Shown here in pieces: positions 34,669-43,569 of a stretch of DNA of 64,000 nt (the stretch's first letter is position 1; each line of letters starts with the position of its first letter). The DNA is taken from contig JBBIOM010000001.1 of the NCBI GenBank assembly GCA_037443365.1, positions 65,693 to 129,692 on the forward strand. Reading direction: 5' to 3'. Under the pieces are notes generated by a model. The model saw only the letters and a program-made list of their open reading frames with translations, did no database searches and had not been told where the DNA came from. The position numbers and the translations under genes were made by a program. Source of the DNA: Armatimonadota bacterium. Lineage in GTDB: Bacteria; Sysuimicrobiota; Sysuimicrobiia; Sysuimicrobiales; Humicultoraceae.

Positions 34669-34698
34669 AGCGTAGCATCGGCGTTTTTGGGGTGTCAA
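34669..34698 (-). promoter_or_regulatory. Sigma70-type promoter of the hrcA-dnaJ operon
   Basis: Minus strand TTGACA-18-TACGCT with extended TG, just upstream of the CIRCE. Confidence 0.7.
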
Positions 34699-36281
34699 GG
34701 AACAGGGCGAGCCTCTCCGCGCCGCAGAAGGCCGCGCACCAGATTCAGTTCCTCCGCGCGCAGCAAGGCGCACACGATCAGGTACGTGACTCCCGCCGCC
34801 CCAAGGCCGGCCGCTATGAGCAGCAGGTCGGCGCGCTCCGTCACGCGTCCATCTATCAGGCCGCGCTGCGCGATCATCCATCCCACCCACACCGCGGCCA
34901 GGGCCGCGGCCAGCACGCGCGCGGCAGACCGGGCAATCCGCCCTGCCCCCAGCGGCCCCAGATCCCTCGCCAGCATCCAGAGCAGCAGCCCCACGTTCGC
35001 GAAGGCCACCGCGGCGGATGCCAGGGCGATCCCTGCCACGCCCACCACGCGCATGAACGCGTAGGCCAGCACCGCGTTTAGAAGCACCATGGCCGCGCCG
35101 ATGGCCACCGGCGTGCGCATGTTCTTGAGGGAGTAGAAGGTCCGGGTGACGACGTAGTATGCCGCCACCGGCACCAGGCCCACCGCGTAGGCAGCCAGAC
35201 AGGCAGCCACCACCAGGGTCGCCGGCGGCCCGAACTCGCCGCGCTCGAAGACGACCTGGACCAGCGGACGGGCAAAGACAATGAGGCACAGCGACACCGG
35301 GGCCGTCAGGAACAAGAGACTGCGCAGTCCGAGCGATGCCATCTCGCGCAGCGCCACCCGATCGCCGGCGGCGGCGAGCCGGCTCATCCCGGGAAAGAGC
35401 ACCGTCGCCACGGATATCGCCAGGACACCCACCGGCGCCTGGACCATCTCATAGGCGTAGTCGAGCGCCGCAACCGCGTTCACGCCAGAGGCAACCGGGA
35501 GGAGCGAGGCCAGGAACCTGCCCACATAGGCGTTGATCTCCACGATGGCCAGACCCAGCATCGCCGGGGGCGCCAGACGGAGCAGCGTGCGGATGACGGG
35601 GTGCGACCAGTCGAATCCCAGGCGGTAGCGAAACCCGGCCGCGTGCAGAGCCGGCGCTTGCACCAGGAACTGAACGGCGGTCCCAGCCACCCAGGCGGCG
35701 GCCAGCCCCGCAATCCCCATGCGCGGACCCAGTAGAACCGTCCCGGCGATGATGGTGAGGTTGAAGGCCAGCGGGGCCATCGCCGGCGCGGCGAACCTGC
35801 GAAGCGCCTGCAGGTATGCCGTGGCGAACACCGCAAGGGCCAGGAAGAACATCGCCAGGAAGTTGATCCTGGTCAGCGCGATCGTGCGGATGAACTGCGC
35901 TGGATCAGCAGCGAAGCCAGGCGCAGCCAGGCGGACCAGCGCGGGCGCGGCGATCTGTCCGGCCGCCACCATCCCCACACCGAACGCCACGACGAGCGCG
36001 AACAGCCGCGAGGAGACCTGGCGCACCTCTGATTCATCCCCGCGCGCGACGGCGTCGGATATGGCCGGGATCAACACGATGCTGAGTGTGCCGCCGATGA
36101 GAAGACGCTGGACGAAGAACGGGACGTAGTATCCGATCACGAAGGCGGCGCGCTCATCGGAGGCGCCGAACAGCGCGGCCACGACTATCTCCCGTATCAG
36201 CCCCAGGGCGCGGCTGCCCACCGTGGCGCCGGCTATGAGCGTGGCCGCGTGCGCAAGGCGCTGCGGTACCCGCCCGTTCAA
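34695..36281 (-). CDS. murJ: Lipid II flippase MurJ (MviN)
   Basis: SRALGLIREIVVAALFG, many TM helices, FERGEF, RTFYSLKNMRTP. Confidence 0.95.
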   Translation of the reverse strand: MNGRVPQRLAHAATLIAGATVGSRALGLIREIVVAALFGASDERAAFVIGYYVPFFVQRLLIGGTLSIVLIPAISDAVARGDESEVRQVSSRLFALVVAFGVGMVAAGQIAAPALVRLAAPGFAADPAQFIRTIALTRINFLAMFFLALAVFATAYLQALRRFAAPAMAPLAFNLTIIAGTVLLGPRMGIAGLAAAWVAGTAVQFLVQAPALHAAGFRYRLGFDWSHPVIRTLLRLAPPAMLGLAIVEINAYVGRFLASLLPVASGVNAVAALDYAYEMVQAPVGVLAISVATVLFPGMSRLAAAGDRVALREMASLGLRSLLFLTAPVSLCLIVFARPLVQVVFERGEFGPPATLVVAACLAAYAVGLVPVAAYYVVTRTFYSLKNMRTPVAIGAAMVLLNAVLAYAFMRVVGVAGIALASAAVAFANVGLLLWMLARDLGPLGAGRIARSAARVLAAALAAVWVGWMIAQRGLIDGRVTERADLLLIAAGLGAAGVTYLIVCALLRAEELNLVRGLLRRGEARPVP

Positions 36282-36304
36282 GATCGGCGCCCTCGCGCGG
36301 CGAC

Positions 36305-36333
36305 TTGTGACGATGGTACCGGCGTGCTAGAAT
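36305..36333 (+). promoter_or_regulatory. Promoter for rpsT
   Basis: TTGTGA-17-TAGAAT with extended TG. Confidence 0.6.
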
Positions 36334-36379
36334 CGCCCAGGACTGCCGCGCCTGATGCGCGGCGGCCGGAGGGATTGGA

Positions 36380-36619
36380 GTGGCCAAGCGTATCAAGTCC
36401 GGACTCAAGCACCTGCGGAAGTCGGCCAGGCGCGCCCGGGCCAACGTTTCCGTCAAGTCCAGGGTCAAGTCGCTCGTGCGCGGTGGGACCAGCCCGGAGG
36501 CGATCGCGGGGGCGCAGTCCGCCCTTGACAAGGCCGCGGCGCGCCGTGTGATTCATCCCAACACCGCGGCCCGCAGGAAGTCTCGCATGATGCGCCGCGC
36601 CTCGGGCAAGCCCGGCTAG
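36380..36619 (+). CDS. rpsT: 30S ribosomal protein S20
   Basis: Basic 79-aa protein containing KSRVKS and LDKAAARRVIHPNTAARRKSR. Convergent with holA. Confidence 0.95.
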   Translation: MAKRIKSGLKHLRKSARRARANVSVKSRVKSLVRGGTSPEAIAGAQSALDKAAARRVIHPNTAARRKSRMMRRASGKPG

Positions 36620-37605
36620 CCCCGGGGAGGAGCCCACCGCTGCGCCGCAGGAGACCTGCGGCCGGCGAGGTTGACGATCAGGGTCTCCAGGGCGAGGCGC
36701 GGAGCGCTCCCTGACTTGACGGCGCGGTCCGCGGCCTCGAGCACGCCGAAGATCCCCGCGAACTGGTCGGCCCTATAACCGCGTGCCTGTTCTGCGATCT
36801 TGCGCGCGACGAATGGCGGCACGCCCAGGCGCGCGGCCAGGCCCTCGGACGAGCGGTCCCCCACGGCGGCCTGCGCGCGGGCGATCAGGCGGAACTGCCG
36901 GGCTATCATGAACAGCACCTGAAGCGGCTCGTGCGTCTCCAAGTTGTCGTGCAGGGCGCGAAGAGCACCGGCCACGTCTCCCCCGCCCACCGCGTCCACC
37001 AGCACGAACATCGAGGCTTCGCCCATCTGGCTCGCGATCGCCTCCACGTCCGCCGTGCTCACTTCCGGGCGCTCGCCGACGTAGGCGGCCACCTTCGCCA
37101 CCTCGTTGTGCAGGTCTCGCAGGCTACCCCCTGATATTGCCACCAGCCGCTCCGCCACACCCGGTCCCGGACGCTTGCCCTCCGCCGCAAACAGCTTCTC
37201 CACCCATTCAGGCCTGTCGCGCGCGGGTATGGGGCGGCACTCTATGACCGCTCCCACGCGCTTGAACGTCAGGAAGAGCCGGCGGCGCCGGTCCATCTCG
37301 CGCGCCATGAAGATGCCGGTGGTGGGGCTGTCGCCTCGCTCGAGATAGGCGATCATCCCCTCGTGGTCGGCCTCGCGCATCGCCTCCATGCGGCGGACGA
37401 CGACCACGCGGCGGGGGCCGAAGAACGCCGCCGTGTCCAGCCGGGTCAGCAGCTCGCCCAGGGGCGTCGAGGCGTCGAGTACGTCCAGGTTGAGCTGCCG
37501 GTCGGCGGGCGCGAGCGCCTCATCGAGCAGCCGCGCCAGCGTCGCCTCGGCCAGGTACTCCTCTTCGCCGATGATCAGGATTGGCGCTCTAGCGCCCTGC
37601 TGCAC
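36616..37605 (-). CDS. holA: DNA polymerase III delta subunit
   Basis: GEEEYL, AAFFGPRRVVVV, LHNEVAKV, MIARQFR, ADRAVKSG. comEC-holA-rpsT synteny. Confidence 0.92.
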   Translation of the reverse strand: MQQGARAPILIIGEEEYLAEATLARLLDEALAPADRQLNLDVLDASTPLGELLTRLDTAAFFGPRRVVVVRRMEAMREADHEGMIAYLERGDSPTTGIFMAREMDRRRRLFLTFKRVGAVIECRPIPARDRPEWVEKLFAAEGKRPGPGVAERLVAISGGSLRDLHNEVAKVAAYVGERPEVSTADVEAIASQMGEASMFVLVDAVGGGDVAGALRALHDNLETHEPLQVLFMIARQFRLIARAQAAVGDRSSEGLAARLGVPPFVARKIAEQARGYRADQFAGIFGVLEAADRAVKSGSAPRLALETLIVNLAGRRSPAAQRWAPPRG

Positions 37606-40000
37606 CTGCGCGGCTCCTCATCGTGGTTACCTGCCAACGGACCCCATCGCTGTGAAGCGTCACGGCGCCGTCCCTGTCCGTGCGGTAGATCGTTGCGCCC
37701 GCGGCCTCCAGCGTTGCCAGTGTGCCGGGGTGGGGATGCCCGAAGCGGTTGTCGGCCCCCACCGAGATCACGGCGACGCTGGGCCGCACGCCGGCCACGA
37801 ACTCCGGCGTGGTCGAGGTGCGGCTGCCGTGGTGCGCCACCTTCAACACCTGGCTGCTCAGCACAACCCCCCGATCCAGGAGATGACGCTCGACCCCTGC
37901 CTCCACGTCGGCTGTCAGCAGCGCCGCCGTCGCGCCGTAGGTGATTCGGGCCACCGCCGCGTCCGCGTGCGCCGCCTCACCCTCAAGGCGAGGAGCCGGA
38001 TCGCACGGATGGAGGATCGCCAGCCCCACCCCCGCTCCCAGGTCGAGGCGCACACCTTCCCTCACACTGCGATGGGCAACCCGCCTGGCCTCGGCAATCT
38101 GGATGAAGCGGGCATACGCAGGGGTAGGTTGGGCAACACCCGGGCCCAGCACGAGTCCGACCGGGATGTTCGTCAGAATGGCGGCCAGTCCTCCCACGTG
38201 ATCATCATGGGCGTGAGTGACGATCACCGCATCGAGCCGGCGCACGCCCATCCGGCGCAGGGCCGGCACGACGCGCATCAGGCCCACATCCCATCCTGAC
38301 CGCGCGTCTCCGGGGCCGCCACCTCCGTCGAGCAGCACGGCGCGACCGGCCGGGCTCTGCACCAGGATGGCGTCGCCCTGTCCCACGTCTAGCACCATGA
38401 CCACGAGTCCATCCGGCGGACGAAGGCCCGCCGCGCACCAGAGCGCAAGCGAGCAGGCTCCGGCCCCGACAAGCGCCAGCACCTGCGCGCGGCGCGGCCG
38501 CCAGGATCCCGACAGCGCAGCCACCCAGGCCCCCAGGTACATGTACATGACCGCTGCAGCAGCCGGGGATACGACCGGTATCGGCACCACGGCCCAGCCA
38601 AGCGTTCCGAAGCGCGAGCCGATCCAGAGAACGGCGTCCAGCGGCAGGAGCAGCGTCCCGAGCAGGAGATCCCCGAGCGCAGGCACCGCGATCGCCACCG
38701 CCAGGAGCGCTAGGCCAACCGGGACCAGCGCGGCGATCACCGGTAGGACCAGGGCGTTGGCAAGGACGCCTGCAACGAGCAGCACCTGGAAGTGGGCGGC
38801 GAGCAGGGGCGCCACCGCGATCTGCGCGCCCAGCGTGGCCGCAAGCGCCGGCGCCACCAGCGGTCCCAGCCGGTTCAGGCCGGGGCGCAGCACCGGCGCC
38901 ACGTAGAGCAGGCCCCACGTAGCCGCGAACGAGAGCTGGAAACCGACGTCGAAGAGCACGCGCGGCTGGCTCACCATGAGCACGAGCGCGGCCGCCCCCA
39001 GCGTCGCCGCGCGGTCGGGTCCGCGCCCCACGACCGCGGCGGCCAGGCCGGTGAACGTCATGATCGCGGCCCGCGCCACCGAGGGCGCCCAGCCAACGAG
39101 CAGCGCGAAGAGGCCCACCCCCAGGATGCCTGCGGCCGCGGACGGGAGCAGCGGCAGACCCACCATGCGAACCGCCCATGCGCAGGCAGCGGCGACGATC
39201 GCCACCTGCGCGCCCGAGACCACCATCAGGTGAACCAGCCCGGCGCGCGAGAACGCCTGGTACAGTTCGGGCGGGAGATGGTTCTCGATGCCAAGGAGCA
39301 GGCTGAGCAGCAGGCCGCCGTGAGGCTGGCGAAGCGCCCGCAAGATCCCTGCGACCGCGCGCTCGCGCAGCGCGGCCACGGCCCCGCGCACCGACCACGT
39401 ACCCGGGCGAAGCACCGTGATCCCGCCCCCTGGGGAAACACGGATCACGCCCAGCAGTCCCCTGCGTCGCAGCGCTTCGAGCTCGGCGCGCTCCCCGGGG
39501 TTCCCAGCAGGGCGCCCCAGGCGGAAGCGTCCGCGTACGAGGACCTCCGCGCCTACCCCGGCGGAGGGAGGATGGCCTGGGCCCGCAAGCCTCACCATTC
39601 CACCTGCTGGCGGCAGCGGCGGTGCGCGTGGGGACTGCCAGGGCTCCAGCGCCTGGACGCGCATCACCGCGCGCCAGCCCGGCCCAACCGCTTCGGGCGG
39701 GGCCACCACGACGCCGCGCGCCTCTATGTACCGGCCGTCCGCGGCGGCCGGCCACGAGGGCACTAGGCCGGCGAGCAGGATGGCTTGCGCATACGCGAGC
39801 CCGGCGAAACAGAGGAGTGAGGCGATCTCACCGGCGCGCGCGGCGCGCGCCAGGAGCGCGCCGGCCCACATTGCCGCGCAGGCTGCGCACAGGGCGCAGG
39901 CTGCGCTGGAGGGCAAGGGCCAGCGATCGGCTGCCAGAAGGCCCAACGCGAACGCCATGGCAGCCCAGGCAATGGGCGGCAGCACCCGAAGCAGAGGCAC
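37589..40000 (-). CDS. comEC: DNA internalization competence protein ComEC/Rec2
   Basis: AGLVHLMVVSG, PSVARA, GFQLSF competence domain, and a beta-lactamase-fold domain (DVGQGD, THAHDDHVGG, KVAHHGS, GHPH). Confidence 0.95.
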   Translation of the reverse strand: MPLLRVLPPIAWAAMAFALGLLAADRWPLPSSAACALCAACAAMWAGALLARAARAGEIASLLCFAGLAYAQAILLAGLVPSWPAAADGRYIEARGVVVAPPEAVGPGWRAVMRVQALEPWQSPRAPPLPPAGGMVRLAGPGHPPSAGVGAEVLVRGRFRLGRPAGNPGERAELEALRRRGLLGVIRVSPGGGITVLRPGTWSVRGAVAALRERAVAGILRALRQPHGGLLLSLLLGIENHLPPELYQAFSRAGLVHLMVVSGAQVAIVAAACAWAVRMVGLPLLPSAAAGILGVGLFALLVGWAPSVARAAIMTFTGLAAAVVGRGPDRAATLGAAALVLMVSQPRVLFDVGFQLSFAATWGLLYVAPVLRPGLNRLGPLVAPALAATLGAQIAVAPLLAAHFQVLLVAGVLANALVLPVIAALVPVGLALLAVAIAVPALGDLLLGTLLLPLDAVLWIGSRFGTLGWAVVPIPVVSPAAAAVMYMYLGAWVAALSGSWRPRRAQVLALVGAGACSLALWCAAGLRPPDGLVVMVLDVGQGDAILVQSPAGRAVLLDGGGGPGDARSGWDVGLMRVVPALRRMGVRRLDAVIVTHAHDDHVGGLAAILTNIPVGLVLGPGVAQPTPAYARFIQIAEARRVAHRSVREGVRLDLGAGVGLAILHPCDPAPRLEGEAAHADAAVARITYGATAALLTADVEAGVERHLLDRGVVLSSQVLKVAHHGSRTSTTPEFVAGVRPSVAVISVGADNRFGHPHPGTLATLEAAGATIYRTDRDGAVTLHSDGVRWQVTTMRSRAGAAGR

Positions 40001-40057
40001 CGGCAGTAGCCTCCCCTACAAGAGGTCGGCCCCTGCCGGCGCGAATTGCGGTGTGTG

Positions 40058-41977
40058 CTAGGCCTTGGCGGCGATCTCGTCCGCTAGGCGCTTCACTAGC
40101 AGAGGTGCGGGAATCGGGCCCAGGTCGCCCTCGGCGCGGCCACGCACGGCCACGGCCCCGGATGCGGCCTCCTTGTCCCCCACGACGAGCATGTAGGGAA
40201 TCTGATCCACCTGCGCCTGGCGGATCTTGTAGCTTATGCGCTGGTTAGTGCCGTCAATGCTAGCGCGTATTCCGGCCGCCTCAAGCTGCGCCAGCACCGC
40301 CGCGGCATAGGCGGCATGCCGGTCCGCGATGGGCAGTATCCTCGCCTGCTCCGGCGACAGCCACAGGGGAAACCGGCCCTCGTACGTCTCGATCAGAAAC
40401 GCCACCCACCGTTCCATGGTGCTGGTGACCGCGCGGTGGATCATGACCGGCCGGTGCGCCCGCCCGTCCTCGCCGATGTACTCGAGCGCGAACCGCTCGG
40501 GCAGCAGGAAGTCGAGCTGGACCGTTGAGAGCGTCTCGTCCTTGCCGGTCGCCGTCGGAACCTGCACGTCAATCTTGGGCCCATAGAACGCGGCTTCACC
40601 CACGGCCTCCCGGTAGGCGACGCCCAGCTCAGCCAGTGCCTCGCGCAGCATGCTCTCGGCCTGGTCCCACAGCGCGTCGTTCTGGATGAACTTCTCGCGG
40701 TCCGCCGGGTCCCGCAGCGAGAGCTGATACCAGCCGCTCGTGATCTTGAAGTCAGCGTACACGCGCTGAATCAGCCGAACCACCCGGATGATCTCGTCCT
40801 TGATCTGGTCGGCGCGGCAGAAGATGTGGGCGTCGTTCATCAGCATGCCGCGAACGCGGTGCAGCCCGGTCAGGACGCCGGAACGCTCGTACCTGTACAC
40901 CTTGCCCAGCTCGGCGATCCGCACGGGCAGATCGCGATAGGAGCGCTGCTCGTGCAGGTAGATCATGATGTGGTGCGGGCAGTTCATGGGACGGAGCACC
41001 AGCTCTTCGCTCTCGAGCTTCATCGCGGGATACATGTTCTCGCGGTAGTGATCCCAGTGCCCGGACATCTTGTAGAGCTGCGTGCTGGCGATCTCCTGGC
41101 TGTAGACGTGCTCGTAGCCGGACGCGAGCTCCAGGTCCACGATGTAGCGCTCGATGACGCGCCGGATCGTCGCGCCCCTGGGCAGCCACAGCGGCAACCC
41201 CTGCCCCACCTCGGGAGAGAGGTGAAACAGCCGCAGCTCCCTGCCGATCCGGCGGTGATCCCTCCGCCGCGCCTCCTCCAGGCGCTGCAGATAGCCGTCG
41301 AGCTGCTCACTCGTTGGAAAGGAAACCCCGTAGATGCGCGCCAGCATGGGGCGGCGCTCGTCGCCCCGCCAGTAGGCGCCGGAGGTTGACAGGAGCTTGA
41401 AGGCGCGGATGGCGCCCGTGCTCAGCACGTGCGGCCCCCGGCACATGTCGGCAAAACCGTCCTGTCGGTAGAAGGCCACCTCGCCATCAGGGATCTCGTC
41501 GAGCAGCTCCAGCTTGTAGTCCTCGCCCTGCTCCTCGAAGAGCCGCCGGGCCTCCTCGCGGGAAAGCACCAGGCGTTCGATCGGCATGTCGGCCTCGGCC
41601 AGCTCGCGCATGCGCGCCTCGATGCGAGCCAGATCCTCGGGGCTGAACGGACGCCCCGCGTCGAAATCGTAGTAGAATCCCTCGTCTATCGGTGGCCCGA
41701 TCGCCAGCCTGGCCCCGGGAAACAACTGCTTCACGGCCTGCGCCATGAGGTGCGAGGACGAGTGCCAGTACACCTCGCGGCCTGCCGGATCGTCGAACGT
41801 CACGAACTCGACACGCGCGTCGGAGTCGAGCCGCCACCGGAGATCGCGGAGTCGTCCGTCAACCAACGCCGCGAGCGCCCCGTCGGGACCAAACCGCGCG
41901 GCGAGTTCCCCGGCGGTGATCCCGACAGGCACCTCGTGCTTGGCGCCGCCCGGCAGCGTGACGTGAATCAATTCCAT
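40058..41977 (-). CDS. thrS: Threonine-tRNA ligase
   Basis: TGS domain, WHSSSHLMAQA, MCRGPH, GAYWRG, RDHRRIG, PMNCPHH, YRYERSG, FYGPK. Start ATG 41977. Confidence 0.98.
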   Translation of the reverse strand: MELIHVTLPGGAKHEVPVGITAGELAARFGPDGALAALVDGRLRDLRWRLDSDARVEFVTFDDPAGREVYWHSSSHLMAQAVKQLFPGARLAIGPPIDEGFYYDFDAGRPFSPEDLARIEARMRELAEADMPIERLVLSREEARRLFEEQGEDYKLELLDEIPDGEVAFYRQDGFADMCRGPHVLSTGAIRAFKLLSTSGAYWRGDERRPMLARIYGVSFPTSEQLDGYLQRLEEARRRDHRRIGRELRLFHLSPEVGQGLPLWLPRGATIRRVIERYIVDLELASGYEHVYSQEIASTQLYKMSGHWDHYRENMYPAMKLESEELVLRPMNCPHHIMIYLHEQRSYRDLPVRIAELGKVYRYERSGVLTGLHRVRGMLMNDAHIFCRADQIKDEIIRVVRLIQRVYADFKITSGWYQLSLRDPADREKFIQNDALWDQAESMLREALAELGVAYREAVGEAAFYGPKIDVQVPTATGKDETLSTVQLDFLLPERFALEYIGEDGRAHRPVMIHRAVTSTMERWVAFLIETYEGRFPLWLSPEQARILPIADRHAAYAAAVLAQLEAAGIRASIDGTNQRISYKIRQAQVDQIPYMLVVGDKEAASGAVAVRGRAEGDLGPIPAPLLVKRLADEIAAKA

Positions 41978-41999
41978 CGCGTCTCCCCCCACACCACCC

Positions 42000-42485
42000 C
42001 TAGCGGTAGTGGCGCGTGTTCTGGCGCCACACCTCGGCCACGACGCCGCCGCCCACCAAGAAGACCTTGACGACGGGCATGAACATCTCGTCGGGCGGGA
42101 TGCCCGCATCTACCCTGACCTTCTGGAACCCCGCGGCCAGGTCCAACGCCCACCGGTTGCGCGCCTCCTCCGGCTGCTCTACCCAGGTATCCGGAACAAC
42201 CGCGCGCAGGATGGACGGGGTGTCAAGCGACAGCTCGCGCAGCGTCGGATCGGCCTTCTTCTTCTCCGCGATGAACCGGTCCACCGCTGCCTTGTACTCG
42301 GCGCTGCCCTCGATCTGCTGGACGCGCGCGAAGCCGGCTCGTCCGGCCGGGGTCGCTGCGCCGCCGCTCGGCGCCGCCGGCTGCGGACCCGACCGGCAGC
42401 CCGAGGTTGCCATCGTCATCGCCAGGAGGACGGCCACCAACAGGACACGCCCTCCGAACCGACCTGCATGGCCCACTCCGGTCAC
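42000..42485 (-). CDS. Hypothetical lipoprotein
   Basis: GTG start after GAGGGGAGG. Hydrophobic signal VLLVAVLLAMTMA, lipobox-like TSG-C, Pro/Ala linker, then a globular domain. Confidence 0.75.
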   Translation of the reverse strand: MTGVGHAGRFGGRVLLVAVLLAMTMATSGCRSGPQPAAPSGGAATPAGRAGFARVQQIEGSAEYKAAVDRFIAEKKKADPTLRELSLDTPSILRAVVPDTWVEQPEEARNRWALDLAAGFQKVRVDAGIPPDEMFMPVVKVFLVGGGVVAEVWRQNTRHYR

Positions 42486-42519
42486 GTCGTTGCCTCCCCT
42501 CGTATGGCGCTCCTGGAAG

Positions 42520-42825
42520 CCAGCAAACAGACGCGCCCGCCCCAGTGAGGGGCGGGCGCGCCGCGGTTCCACCCTCGCAACCGCCCGGGACCACTTCGCC
42601 GCGCCCTCTGCGGCCGTTCCCAGACGCTCATCGCGCGTTCTCGGGCGCACCCGGCGGCCTGGGCGATGATCGCCTCTGCGATCACCCTTCGTCCGCTGCT
42701 CAGAGGGGGTATTCCGCCGGCCCGTCCGGCAGGGCTCTCAGCCAGGACCCTGCCTCTCTCGTCCCACCCGCCCCCGGGCGGCCAGAACGGCTCCTCGGCG
42801 TACTCGTCCTCGTCGTCGCCGGTCT
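42520..42825 (-). ncRNA. T-box riboswitch, Thr specifier (ACC), with terminator
   Basis: Minus strand: GACGAGGACGAGTA 5' stem I, AGAGA and GCTGAG distal motifs, specifier loop GAAT-ACC-C (ACC at 42710-42708), T-box AGGGTGGAACCGCG (42575-42562), and a 12-bp terminator hairpin at 42532-42560 followed by TCTGTTT. Confidence 0.92.
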
Positions 42826-42833
42826 TCAGGGTC

Positions 42834-42862
42834 ATATTAGGCACCCCATCCTGCGGTGTCAA
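42834..42862 (-). promoter_or_regulatory. Promoter of the T-box/lipoprotein/thrS unit
   Basis: Minus strand TTGACA-17-TAATAT. Confidence 0.8.
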
Positions 42863-42945
42863 TTCGCCGGGCCAGAGGTCGCTGCAAGAGGCGCAGTCCC
42901 ATCGTGGATTGCAGGAGTCCACGCCGGCGTACCGAACAGCCCGGC

Positions 42946-43338
42946 ATGTGCACCACGGCGCTCGCCCTGGTATCCGTCTTCCTGACCGCAACGGCGGTTC
43001 CAGCCCTCGCAACTGAGGACCGTGCCACAATCGCCAGGAACCTGGCCGAGAACGTCCTGGGCAAGGGAACGGTACGCACCAGCAGGATGGCGAACGGCGA
43101 GCGGACCGTAATGATGGTCTGGGAATCGGCCACCTACAAACCCGCCAACCCGCAAGCCAGGACACGAGACCTGCTGCGAGCCGAGGTGCATCTCGTAACC
43201 GAAGGGATCTTCCGGGTGATGACCTCGGTGCAGGACGTGCAGTTCGAGATCGTGCTGGGCAAGAGGTCGCTGGCCTCAGGGGCCGCCCGACGCGCCCAGC
43301 CCATGAGCATCACCTACGCCCGCGATCTGGGCGGGTAG
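42946..43338 (+). CDS. Hypothetical exported protein
   Basis: Signal-peptide-like N-terminus (ALALVSVFLTATAVPALA) and GC3-rich codon usage. Start uncertain. Confidence 0.7.
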   Translation: MCTTALALVSVFLTATAVPALATEDRATIARNLAENVLGKGTVRTSRMANGERTVMMVWESATYKPANPQARTRDLLRAEVHLVTEGIFRVMTSVQDVQFEIVLGKRSLASGAARRAQPMSITYARDLGG

Positions 43339-43369
43339 CTCAAACGACCTTCCCTTCCGAACTCCCGGG

Positions 43370-43444
43370 TGGTGGGCGCTGCAGGGCTTGAACCTGCGAC
43401 CTCCTCTGCGTCAGAGAGGCGCTCTTCCACTGAGCTAAGCGCCC
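43370..43444 (-). tRNA. tRNA-Val (GAC)
   Basis: 75-nt cloverleaf GGGCGCT...AGCGCCC-A-CCA; anticodon arm CCTCT-CTGACGC-AGAGG; T-loop TTCAAGC; CCA is encoded. Confidence 0.98.
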
Positions 43445-43477
43445 GGGCAGTCGTGGCGTTGCACGCGATGCGACTCC

Positions 43478-43506
43478 ATTATAGGGACGGGCCGCACCGG
43501 AGGCAA
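43478..43506 (-). promoter_or_regulatory. tRNA-Val promoter
   Basis: Minus strand TTGCCT-17-TATAAT. Confidence 0.8.
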
Positions 43507-43569
43507 CCTGCCCCGGGCGTTCGCCCGATCACAGGAAAGCGGACGGCACGGCGCGAACGTGGCAGCATC

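Noticed and set aside
43370-43444. tRNA-Val as an integration site for a genomic island
   Set aside because: No integrase, no duplicated tRNA 3' end and no obvious compositional shift in the window.
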